Assembly (NCBI GenBank): GCA_964236905.1
Contig: CAXSFZ010000007.1
Coordinates: forward strand, 3,423 to 67,422
Source: an uncultured Solirubrobacteraceae bacterium
GTDB taxonomy: Bacteria; Actinomycetota; Thermoleophilia; Solirubrobacterales; Solirubrobacteraceae
DNA length: 64,000 nucleotides
Reading direction: 5' to 3'
The translations under genes and the position numbers were made by a program. How positions within the stretch are numbered: the stretch's first letter is position 1; each line of letters begins with the position of its first letter. The notes under the pieces are model-generated. The model had not been told where the DNA came from. It saw only the letters and a program-made list of their open reading frames with translations, and searched no databases. This document shows positions 56,673 to 64,000 of this stretch, in pieces.

Positions 56673-57467
56673 TCAGGCCCGCGTGCCGCCGCGCGCCGCG
56701 ACCGGCTTGAGGAAGTCCGGCACGCCCCGCACGAGCGAGCGCCCGCTCTGCTGCTCCCACGCCGCCTCGGTCTGGGCCAGGTGGACGTCCATGACCTCCT
56801 CGACGCGCTGCATGTCACCCGCGCGGATCGCGTCGAGCGTCTGCGCGTGCAGCTCGAGCGTGCGCTCCACCGAGGCCGGGGCGCTCAGCGCCGTGTCCCG
56901 CGCGATCTCGAGCTGGCGCAAGAGCGAGCGCACGAGCCCGACGACCGTCTGGTTGCCCGTGGCCCGGGCGATGCCGAGGTGGAACTGCACGTCGAGCGCG
57001 AGGAAGCGGTCCTCGTCGGCGTGGAACCGCTCGGGGGCGTGGGCGATCGCCGTCTGCCGGTCGATCGTCCGCTGCAGCGCGGCGAAGTCCGCCTCGCGCC
57101 CGTGGAGCGCCGCGAGCTGCGCCACCCGCGGCTCCAGCAGCCGCCGGGCCTCGAGCACGCCGGCGACCTCGCCGATGCGCACCGCGGCCCGGCGCCGCAC
57201 CTCGCGCGGCACCCACTCGCTCGTGACGAACGCCCCGCCCCCCGAGCCCGGCCGCACCTCGAGGACGCCCGAGTCGGCGAGCACCTTGAGCGCCTCGCGC
57301 ACCGTCGGGCGCGAGATCTCCATCTGCTGGGCCAGGCTCCGCTCGGAGGGCAGGTGGTCGCCCGGGCCGAGCTCCCCGAGCGCGATGCGCTCGGCGATCT
57401 GCTCCACCGCCTCCTCGAACGTGCGACGGGTGCGGACGGGGCTGAACGAGGCCGACAAGGCCCGCAA
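56673..57467 (-). CDS. FadR/GntR family transcriptional regulator
   Basis: LPSERSLA..ISRPTVREAL; FH..IARATGN FCD domain. Confidence 0.9.
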   Translation of the reverse strand: MRALSASFSPVRTRRTFEEAVEQIAERIALGELGPGDHLPSERSLAQQMEISRPTVREALKVLADSGVLEVRPGSGGGAFVTSEWVPREVRRRAAVRIGEVAGVLEARRLLEPRVAQLAALHGREADFAALQRTIDRQTAIAHAPERFHADEDRFLALDVQFHLGIARATGNQTVVGLVRSLLRQLEIARDTALSAPASVERTLELHAQTLDAIRAGDMQRVEEVMDVHLAQTEAAWEQQSGRSLVRGVPDFLKPVAARGGTRA

Positions 57468-57498
57468 CGCTATCCGCGCGCGGCGCCGGAGGCCACGT

Positions 57499-60204
57499 TC
57501 AGGAGCCCGCCGCGGTGGCGTCGAGCAGCAGCGCGTGGCGGGCGCGGACCTCGAGCAGGTCGTCGGCGGCCCGCCGGAACACCGCGTCGGGCCGCTCCGT
57601 CCCGGGCCCGATCGTGGCCGTGCCGAAGTGCACCTCGAGCCCCTGGCGCATGGAGATGGAGCGCAGCTGCGAGGAGATCCGCGTGGTGACCACGGTGATC
57701 TCGGGCGGCGTCACGCCGGTCAGCAGCATCCCGAAGAGCGAGCCGTCGACCCGGAAGGCGCGGTCGTGGCGGCGCATGCCCGCCTCGAAGGCCTCGGCGA
57801 GCTCCTGCAGGCTGGGGCCGGCGAGCTGCAGCGCCCGCCCGCCCGTCGCGGTCCGCACCCCCACGACGTCCGCGAGCACGAGCGCGGAGGAGCCTCCGCC
57901 GCGGCCGCTGCGCGCCACCTCCCGGCCCAGCTCGCGCAGGAACGCGCGCCGGTTGCCGAGCTTCGTGAGCGGATCGCCGTCGGCCACGACGGCCAGGCGC
58001 TCGTAGCGGTCGGCGGCGATCATGGCCGCCGTGGCCTGGTTGGCGAACGCGTGCAGCGACTGCAGCCGGTCGTTGCCCGGCAGCAACCGGTCGTGCGGGT
58101 CGTCGACCCAGATGGCGCCGACCACCTGCGCGTCGGCGTCGCGCAGCGGCACGAGGATCACGTGGTCGTCCCAGGCCCGCCAGCCGCGGCCGTTGCGGCG
58201 CGAGCCCATGAGCACGCGGCGCTCCACCGGCATCCGCTCGATTGCCTCCTCCCGCCCGAGCAGGAAGCAGCCCTCCACGCCGAAGCCCGGATCGAGGAGC
58301 GGCTCGAGCGCCGCCGGGTCGATCGGCGCGAGCGCGGCGTCGAAGGGGGTCGCGCTGCCGTCGCGGTGCGCCCGCGGCACCAGCATCCCGTCGCTGCCGG
58401 CGACCTCGACCACCACCCGCTCGAACCCGAGCGCGTCGGAGATCGCCGCGGCGACCGCGTCGAGCATCGGCCCGATCTCCCGCGTGGCCGCGATGCGCGA
58501 GGAGACGTGCAGCAGCCGGTCGAGCGCCGCGGCGTGGCGCGCGGTCTCGATCCCGGTCTGCGCGTGCTGCACCGCCAGCGCGGCGTGGGCGGCGATCGCG
58601 ACGAGCACGTCGAGCTCGGCGTCGGAGGGGCGCCGGCCGGACTTCGGGGTGTCGAGCGACAGGATCCCCAGGAAGTGCCCCTGCGTGTGGCGGAACGGGA
58701 TGAGCAGGTCGTCGTCCCCGCGCCAGGCGTCCGGGGCGTCAAGCTCCGCGAGCGGCGAGGTGAAGGTCACGAAGTCGGGGTGCTGGTCCACGGGCTCCCC
58801 GGCCGGCACGAAGTACGCGCCGCGGCGCTCGAAGCGGTCGTCGAGCAGCGGCGTCCACATCGCCCAGTCGTAGGTGGCGCCCGTGAGCAGCTCCACGCCC
58901 TCCGGCACCAGCCCGTGGGTCGTGGCCACCACGAAGTCGTCCCAGGCCGGGCGGTAGAGGTTGATGACGACCGCCCACCCGAGGTCGTCGGCGATGGTCC
59001 GGACGATCTCGCCGAGCAGCGCGTCGAGACCCGCCTCGTCGACGACGGCGCGCGCCGCGTCGAGCAGCCCGCGCAGGCGGTTGGTGGTCGCCACCACCGC
59101 GCTCAGCTCGAGCTCCAGGCGCCGCCGCTCGGCGGCCTCCTGGAGCGCGGTGATGTCCTTGACGGTGACGAGCATGCCCGCGTAGCCGCCCTCGTCGTCG
59201 TGGATCGCCCGGGCGGCGATCAGCGCGGGGAAGGTCGAGCCGTCCTGGCGGCGGACGGCCGACTGCAGCTCAGTGCCCCCGACGCGCGAGGCGTCGCGCT
59301 CCATGGCGCTGAAGTGCTCGGCGGGCTCGGAGGCCCAGAAGGGCAGCGCGTCGGCGGGGATGCCCACGAGCTCCTCGCGGGAGAAGTCGGTCATCGCGCA
59401 GAACCGGTCGTTGACCTGGACGGCGACGCCGTCGCGGAAGACCACGAAGCCGTCCTGCATCGCAGCCACGAGCGCCGCCGACCACCGGCGCTCGCGGCGC
59501 AGCGCGTCCTCGAGCGTGCGCTGGGCCTGCAGGTTCTGCAGCGGCAGCACGCAGGTGACCGAGGTCCCGCGCATCGGCGCCGACTCGACCTCGAGCGCCC
59601 CGCCGATGGCGGTGAGCCGGCGGCGCAGCCGCGCGTGGCCCATGTGCCCGGCGCGGACGGCGGCCTCGACCTGCTCGGGCGTCATGCCGCGCCCGTCGTC
59701 GGCGACCCGGATGATGACGGCGTCGCGCTCGACGGTCACCGAGATGCTCACCTGCGCGGCGCGCGCGTGCTTGACGACGTTCGTGAGCAGCTCGCGCACC
59801 ATGCCGAGCACGAAGGGGTCGTGGTCGCCCGTCGCCTCCGGCGCGACGTGGGTCGCGACCTCGAAGCGCCCGCGGCGGGCGCCGTCGTCGGCCAGGCGCT
59901 CGAGGGCGGCGGCGAGCGGCATGGCCGCCAGCGCGTCCTCGTGCATCGCCTTGGTCAGGTCGCGCAGGGAGTCGGTCAGCTCGCCCAGCTGACGCTGCAC
60001 CGAGCGCACGAGGGCCGGGTCGTCCGTCGACTCGGCGAGGTCCTGGCGGGCGACCATGAGGCGTTGGAGGGCGTCGTCGTGAAGCGCCTCGGCGAGGCGC
60101 TCGCGCTCCTGGCGCTCGGCCTCCGCGATCTCCGTCGCCAGGCGTGCAGCACCCTCTCCACCTCCCTTCGACCCGTGCTCCGCGTCCGCCACGCCAGCAA
60201 TCAT
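57499..60204 (-). CDS. Signalling protein: HisKA_3-HATPase_c-PAS-GAF-GAF-degenerate GGDEF
   Basis: ERERLAEALHDD, ELLTNVVKHA, DDGRG; VNDRFC/RQDGS PAS; DPLTKLGNRR and RVDGSLF. Confidence 0.8.
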   Translation of the reverse strand: MIAGVADAEHGSKGGGEGAARLATEIAEAERQERERLAEALHDDALQRLMVARQDLAESTDDPALVRSVQRQLGELTDSLRDLTKAMHEDALAAMPLAAALERLADDGARRGRFEVATHVAPEATGDHDPFVLGMVRELLTNVVKHARAAQVSISVTVERDAVIIRVADDGRGMTPEQVEAAVRAGHMGHARLRRRLTAIGGALEVESAPMRGTSVTCVLPLQNLQAQRTLEDALRRERRWSAALVAAMQDGFVVFRDGVAVQVNDRFCAMTDFSREELVGIPADALPFWASEPAEHFSAMERDASRVGGTELQSAVRRQDGSTFPALIAARAIHDDEGGYAGMLVTVKDITALQEAAERRRLELELSAVVATTNRLRGLLDAARAVVDEAGLDALLGEIVRTIADDLGWAVVINLYRPAWDDFVVATTHGLVPEGVELLTGATYDWAMWTPLLDDRFERRGAYFVPAGEPVDQHPDFVTFTSPLAELDAPDAWRGDDDLLIPFRHTQGHFLGILSLDTPKSGRRPSDAELDVLVAIAAHAALAVQHAQTGIETARHAAALDRLLHVSSRIAATREIGPMLDAVAAAISDALGFERVVVEVAGSDGMLVPRAHRDGSATPFDAALAPIDPAALEPLLDPGFGVEGCFLLGREEAIERMPVERRVLMGSRRNGRGWRAWDDHVILVPLRDADAQVVGAIWVDDPHDRLLPGNDRLQSLHAFANQATAAMIAADRYERLAVVADGDPLTKLGNRRAFLRELGREVARSGRGGGSSALVLADVVGVRTATGGRALQLAGPSLQELAEAFEAGMRRHDRAFRVDGSLFGMLLTGVTPPEITVVTTRISSQLRSISMRQGLEVHFGTATIGPGTERPDAVFRRAADDLLEVRARHALLLDATAAGS

Positions 60205-60350
60205 CGCCGATCGACGGCCTCGCCACACCCGCTCGCGTTGCATGCATACCCGCCTCCTTCGCGCCATCGGCCCCGCGAACGCCGTCGCACACCCGTCCAG
60301 TCCGACGGCGCCCGCCGCGCCCGCGACCGGCGTGGGGCAGGATGGGGCCG

Positions 60351-60608
60351 ATGAGCGAGGGCCAGCACCGCACGGAGCGCGTCGTCGTCGAGACGGGTCG
60401 CCACCGCATCACCGGGCGGCTGACCCTGGCCCGCGACGGCTACCGCTCCCGCGTCTCCGATCTGCTGAACGCGGGCGAGCGCGACTTCATCTCCCTCACC
60501 GACGTGCGGGTCGAGCGCCTGGACGACGGCGTCGCGGAGGAGCACGCGTTCGTGCTCGTCTCCCGCCGGCACATCGTGCTCGCCGTGGCGGGCGAGGGGA
60601 GCCCGTGA
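60351..60608 (+). CDS. Small conserved hypothetical protein (DUF6812-like)
   Basis: ITG.L..RVSDLLN..DFISLTDV; CAGGAT -10 seven nt upstream. Confidence 0.7.
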   Translation: MSEGQHRTERVVVETGRHRITGRLTLARDGYRSRVSDLLNAGERDFISLTDVRVERLDDGVAEEHAFVLVSRRHIVLAVAGEGSP

Positions 60609-60625
60609 CGGGTCCGAAGCGCTAC

Positions 60626-60654
60626 TTGACGGTCTCCACCCCTATGCGTAGCGT
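60626..60654 (+). promoter_or_regulatory. Near-consensus sigma70 promoter
   Basis: TTGACG-N17-TAGCGT. Confidence 0.7.
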
Positions 60655-60689
60655 CACCGACGCGTCGATGTCCGGCGCGGGCCACTCCC

Positions 60690-61415
60690 GTGACGAACCG
60701 ACGATCCACCTCCACCCCTGCCCGCCCGGGCGCGGCCGACCGCTTCCCCTTCGACGTCGTCGTCTACGGCGCGAGCGGCTTCGCGCAGCAGGTCATGTTC
60801 TGGATCGACGACGTCCGCGAGGCCGGGTGGCACTGCGAGGTCCGCGGCTTCGTCGACGACGATCCGGCGAGCCACGGGGACGAGCGCACCGGCCGGCCCG
60901 TCCTCGGCGGCTTCGAGTGGATCGAGCGCACGGCCGCCGACCGACCGCTGAGCGTGGTGCTCGGCATCGCGGCCCCCGGCGTCAAGCGCCGCCTCGTCGA
61001 GCGTCTGCGACGTCTCGACGTGGCCTTCCCGCCCGTGGTCCATCCGCACGCGGTGATGTCCTCCTACGTGGGGATCGGCGAGGGGACGGTCGTGGCTCCC
61101 GGGTGCATCGTCTCGGTCAACGTCGAGCTCGGCGACTTCGTGACGGTCAACCACGCCTGCACGATCGCGCACGACGTGCGGCTCGGCGCCTACGCGACGA
61201 TCCTGCCGGGGACGAACGTCTCGGGCAACGTCGTGCTCGGGCCCGGGGCGACCCTCGGCACCAACGCGACCGTCGTCCAGGGGCTGGAGGTCGGGGCGGA
61301 CGCGTTCGTCGGTGCCGGGGCCACGGTCCTGAGCGACGTCCCGCCGAACTGCACGGTGGTCGGAACCCCGGCTCGCCCCATCCGGCCGGCGACCACGGCG
61401 TCCGCGAGCCGCTAG
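60690..61415 (+). CDS. NeuD/PglD-like hexapeptide sugar acetyltransferase
   Basis: YGASGFA, GFVDD, VHP, IAHD, hexapeptide repeats, VGTPAR. Confidence 0.88.
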   Translation: MTNRRSTSTPARPGAADRFPFDVVVYGASGFAQQVMFWIDDVREAGWHCEVRGFVDDDPASHGDERTGRPVLGGFEWIERTAADRPLSVVLGIAAPGVKRRLVERLRRLDVAFPPVVHPHAVMSSYVGIGEGTVVAPGCIVSVNVELGDFVTVNHACTIAHDVRLGAYATILPGTNVSGNVVLGPGATLGTNATVVQGLEVGADAFVGAGATVLSDVPPNCTVVGTPARPIRPATTASASR

Positions 61416-61469
61416 CGGGAGCGGCGTCTCGCGCGCGAGCGGGCGCTGTGGCTCCCGCGCGCGCGGGAG

Positions 61470-61556
61470 CGGAGAGAGAGGGATTCGAACCCTCGGTACG
61501 CGCAAACGCACACACGATTTCCAGTCGTGCCCATTCAGCCGCTCTGGCACCTCTCC
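61470..61556 (-). tRNA. tRNA-Ser(GGA)
   Basis: GGAGAGG..GCACGA-CT-GGA-AA-TCGTG..long variable arm..GGTTCGAATCC..TCTCTCC-G; CCA not encoded. Confidence 0.96.
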
Positions 61557-61584
61557 GGAGCCTGCGGTCGGGGATCCTAGCCGG

Positions 61585-62793
61585 TCAGAGCTGCCAGGCG
61601 CCGCCGCGGAGCACCGGCGTGGCGGCGTCGTCCGCCCCCAGGCCGTCGACCTCCATCGCGTCGGAGCCGACCATGAAGTCGACGTGGATCGCCGAGGCGT
61701 TCAGGCGCGCCTGGTCGGCCTCGCCGGCGCCGAAGGCGTAGGCGTTGCCGAGCGCGATGTGGCTCGCGGCGTTCTCGTCGAGCAGGGTGTCGTAGAAGAC
61801 GGTGTCGAGGCGGCCGATGCGGCCCTCCGCGTCGACCAGGGCGATCTCGCCGAGGCGCGCCGCGCCGGGGTCCTTCGCCGCGTAGCCGCGCAGGACGTCG
61901 GCGCCCTCCTCGGCGTCGATGCGCACGGCGACCCCGCCGGAGAACTCCACCTCGAGGCCGCGGATGACGCTGCCGCCCAGCACGAGCGGCTTGGTCGCGC
62001 GCACGACGCCCTCGGTGGCTTCGGGGTCCGGCGAGCAGAAGAGCTCCTCGCTCGGGAGGTTCGGCATGTGCGCGATCCCGCCCACCGTCGTGAACTGCGC
62101 GGCCAGCCAGTGCGAGCTCGGAAGCAGCCCGACCCGCAGGTCCGTGCCCTCCCCGCGGAAGCGGATGGCCCGGAAGCGGCGCTCGTTCAGGCGCCCGGCC
62201 GTGGCGACGAGCACCGCGGCGCGCTCCCGCCAGGCCGCGACGGGATCCTCCTCGTCGAGGCGGCAGACGTGCAGGAGCTGCTCGCCGAGGCGCGCCCACG
62301 CCGCGTCCGGCTCCAGGTCGGGGTGCACCTCCTGCGCCCACGGGCGGGTCGGGCAGGGCAAGATCGTCCAGTTGGTCGTGCGGGCGTTGACCACCGGGCC
62401 GGTCTCCTTGATCGCCGGGAGCTGGTCCTTGCCCGAGCGGGCCGGATCGATCCCGTCGAGCAGGTGCGGAGCCACCGGGCCGCTCAGCGCGATGCGGGCG
62501 GCGCGCGCCTCCGAGAGGGCCAGGAGCTTCGCCCCGAGCCATTCCGGGACCCAGTCGAGGGTCTCCTCGGCGGCGTGCTCCAGGCGGGCGCGCTTGACGT
62601 GGAGGTCGAACCACTCGACGTCCACGTACTTGGCCCCGGCGCGGTAGGCCTCCTCGGCCACGGCACGGGTGATGGCCTCCTTGCCGATCTCGGACTTGAT
62701 CTGGACGACCTGCCCGGGCTGGACGTTGGCGGCGAAGCCGACGGCGAGGCGGGCGAAGCGCTCGAGGGTCGCGGGATCGTCGAACGGACTCAC
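61585..62793 (-). CDS. Aminopeptidase, M29 (AmpS/AmpT) family
   Basis: ANVQPGQ, PNLPSEE, LGEIAL, DENAASHIALG, SAIHVDFM. Confidence 0.92.
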   Translation of the reverse strand: MSPFDDPATLERFARLAVGFAANVQPGQVVQIKSEIGKEAITRAVAEEAYRAGAKYVDVEWFDLHVKRARLEHAAEETLDWVPEWLGAKLLALSEARAARIALSGPVAPHLLDGIDPARSGKDQLPAIKETGPVVNARTTNWTILPCPTRPWAQEVHPDLEPDAAWARLGEQLLHVCRLDEEDPVAAWRERAAVLVATAGRLNERRFRAIRFRGEGTDLRVGLLPSSHWLAAQFTTVGGIAHMPNLPSEELFCSPDPEATEGVVRATKPLVLGGSVIRGLEVEFSGGVAVRIDAEEGADVLRGYAAKDPGAARLGEIALVDAEGRIGRLDTVFYDTLLDENAASHIALGNAYAFGAGEADQARLNASAIHVDFMVGSDAMEVDGLGADDAATPVLRGGAWQL

Positions 62794-62905
62794 GCCGCAG
62801 GACGCTAGCGAGGAACGCCCGGGCGGGCTCCGGATCGCCCGGCGGCGCCGGACCGCCGGCCTTCCGGCGCCGGGGCGCGCGCGGCGCCGGGTAGCGTGGA
62901 GCGCC

Positions 62906-63076
62906 GTGGCGCATCCCGGGCCCTCCCGCACGATCATCGTCGAGCCGCTGCGGCTCCCGGCGCGTGAGCCGGTCCGGGCACCGGCCGAGGCGCCCCGGCC
63001 GCCGGAGCGCGTCCCGCGCCGCCCGCGCCGCGCCCCGGCGCCGGCGCGGCGCGCACCCGCCCGCGCGAGGCCGTGA
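62906..63076 (+). CDS. Small Pro/Arg-rich protein
   Basis: MAHPGPSRTIIVEPLRLP..; GGGTAG motif upstream; GTGA overlap with the next gene. Confidence 0.55.
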   Translation: MAHPGPSRTIIVEPLRLPAREPVRAPAEAPRPPERVPRRPRRAPAPARRAPARARP

Positions 63077-63600
63077 GCGAGGCGGGGCGCTCCCGGGCCG
63101 GCGCCGAGGCACGGGCGCCGGACCTCGTCGAGCCCGTCGTCGGCTTCCGCGCCTGGCGGCTGGTCGGTGGGCGGCTCATGAGCCCCTACATCCCCTGCCG
63201 GTGGGAGGGCCGCACGATGCACGCGGCCTGCTGGCCGGCCAACCGCACGCTCTTCAAGGGGGTCGGCTGGCTCGAGGCCCCCCACGCCTCGCCACACGCC
63301 GACTGCCAGTGCGGGGTCTACGCCTACCACCGGCCCGGCGTCCAGGCCTACTACGGCGAGTGGCTGTGGACGGAGGGCGCCGTGACGGTCTGGGGCCACC
63401 TCGAGGCCCACCGCGACGGCCTGCGCGCCGCCCACGCACGGATCGAGGCGCTCGTGCTCCCGCCCCGCCACGAGGCGGAGCGGCGCGCGGCCGTCGAGGG
63501 CGTCGCCGCCGCGCTCGAGGTACCGCTCGTCCCGCGCGGCGAGCTGGCCGCCGAGGCCGCGCGCCACGGCACGCCGCTGGCCGACCGCCTGCTCCCCTGA
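63073..63600 (+). CDS. Conserved hypothetical Cys/His-containing protein
   Basis: PDLVEPVVGFRAW, HASPHADCQCGVYAY, WGHLEAHRDGLRA. Confidence 0.75.
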   Translation: MSEAGRSRAGAEARAPDLVEPVVGFRAWRLVGGRLMSPYIPCRWEGRTMHAACWPANRTLFKGVGWLEAPHASPHADCQCGVYAYHRPGVQAYYGEWLWTEGAVTVWGHLEAHRDGLRAAHARIEALVLPPRHEAERRAAVEGVAAALEVPLVPRGELAAEAARHGTPLADRLLP

Positions 63601-63742
63601 GCGCCGGCCGCGGCCGGCAGCCCCGCCCGCCCGCGCGGGCCGCGCCGCCGGCCGGGCCGGCACTCGCCCCGAGCAGGGCGCGCCGCCGGTCACCCCGCCG
63701 CCCGCCCGCGCCGGGGCGGCGCCGGGGCCCTACGCTGGCCGG

Positions 63743-64000
63743 GTGCGCACGCCGCCCACCTGGCCCGTGGCCGCCGGCTCCCTCGCGCTCGGCTTCGCCG
63801 TGGCGCAGGCGACGGGGGTGCGGCCACTCGGCGGGGTCGTGCTCGTCCTCGGGGCGGGCTGGTGCGCGCGGCGCTGGCGCGAGGAGCGCGGGACGGGCAC
63901 CGCCGTGGCGCTCGTGGCCGTCTACCTCGCCGCCTTCGTCGCCTCGCACCTGCTCGCGGGCGCCCTCGGCGCCTGGGGGTCGGTCACGCTGGTCTGCGCG
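63743..64000 (+). CDS. Small membrane protein (truncated by window end)
   Basis: TACGCT -10, then GTG; MRTPPTWPVAAGSLALGFAVAQATGVRPLGG.. hydrophobic. Confidence 0.7.
   Translation, partial: MRTPPTWPVAAGSLALGFAVAQATGVRPLGGVVLVLGAGWCARRWREERGTGTAVALVAVYLAAFVASHLLAGALGAWGSVTLVCA

Noticed and set aside
61470-61556. Prophage or ICE integrated at tRNA-Ser
   Set aside because: No integrase and no duplicated tRNA 3' end noticed in the window

Overview
Very high-GC bacterial DNA whose gene content (DUF2277, YsnF/PRC proteins, MprA-like boxes, many apparently leaderless genes) suggests an actinobacterium, possibly Thermoleophilia/Solirubrobacterales (inference, not proven). About 65 real CDSs and one tRNA-Ser(GGA); most other ORFs in the track are GC-rich shadow frames. 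Positions 1-16 kb hold a catabolic cluster: APC permease, frameshifted flavin amine oxidase, M20 deacylase, FAD oxidase, FAH, aminotransferase, split pxpA/pxpBC, DUF1989, ADH, carnitine-dehydrogenase-like enzyme plus thioesterase, and an AHL-lactonase-like enzyme. A GntR-type operator (TTGTTGAGCAA-like) recurs at six or seven of its promoters. Other notable modules: (i) a TetR-PP2C phosphatase fusion divergent from a general-stress operon; (ii) a DTS-motif microbial rhodopsin-crtY-blh operon; (iii) a GT2-GtrA/ArnT-like operon and an ApbE / acidic-repeat small protein / MsrQ-like / DedA module, both preceded by the same triple 11-bp-period TCTCAG box; (iv) a histidine kinase in reversed order, fused to PAS-GAF-GAF-degenerate GGDEF; (v) a P450 lacking the I-helix Thr. 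REP-like GGGGTC(A/T)GACCCC palindromes occur in tandem at two sites. No CRISPR array, integrase or transposase was seen. All calls come from motif reading by eye; no database searches were run.
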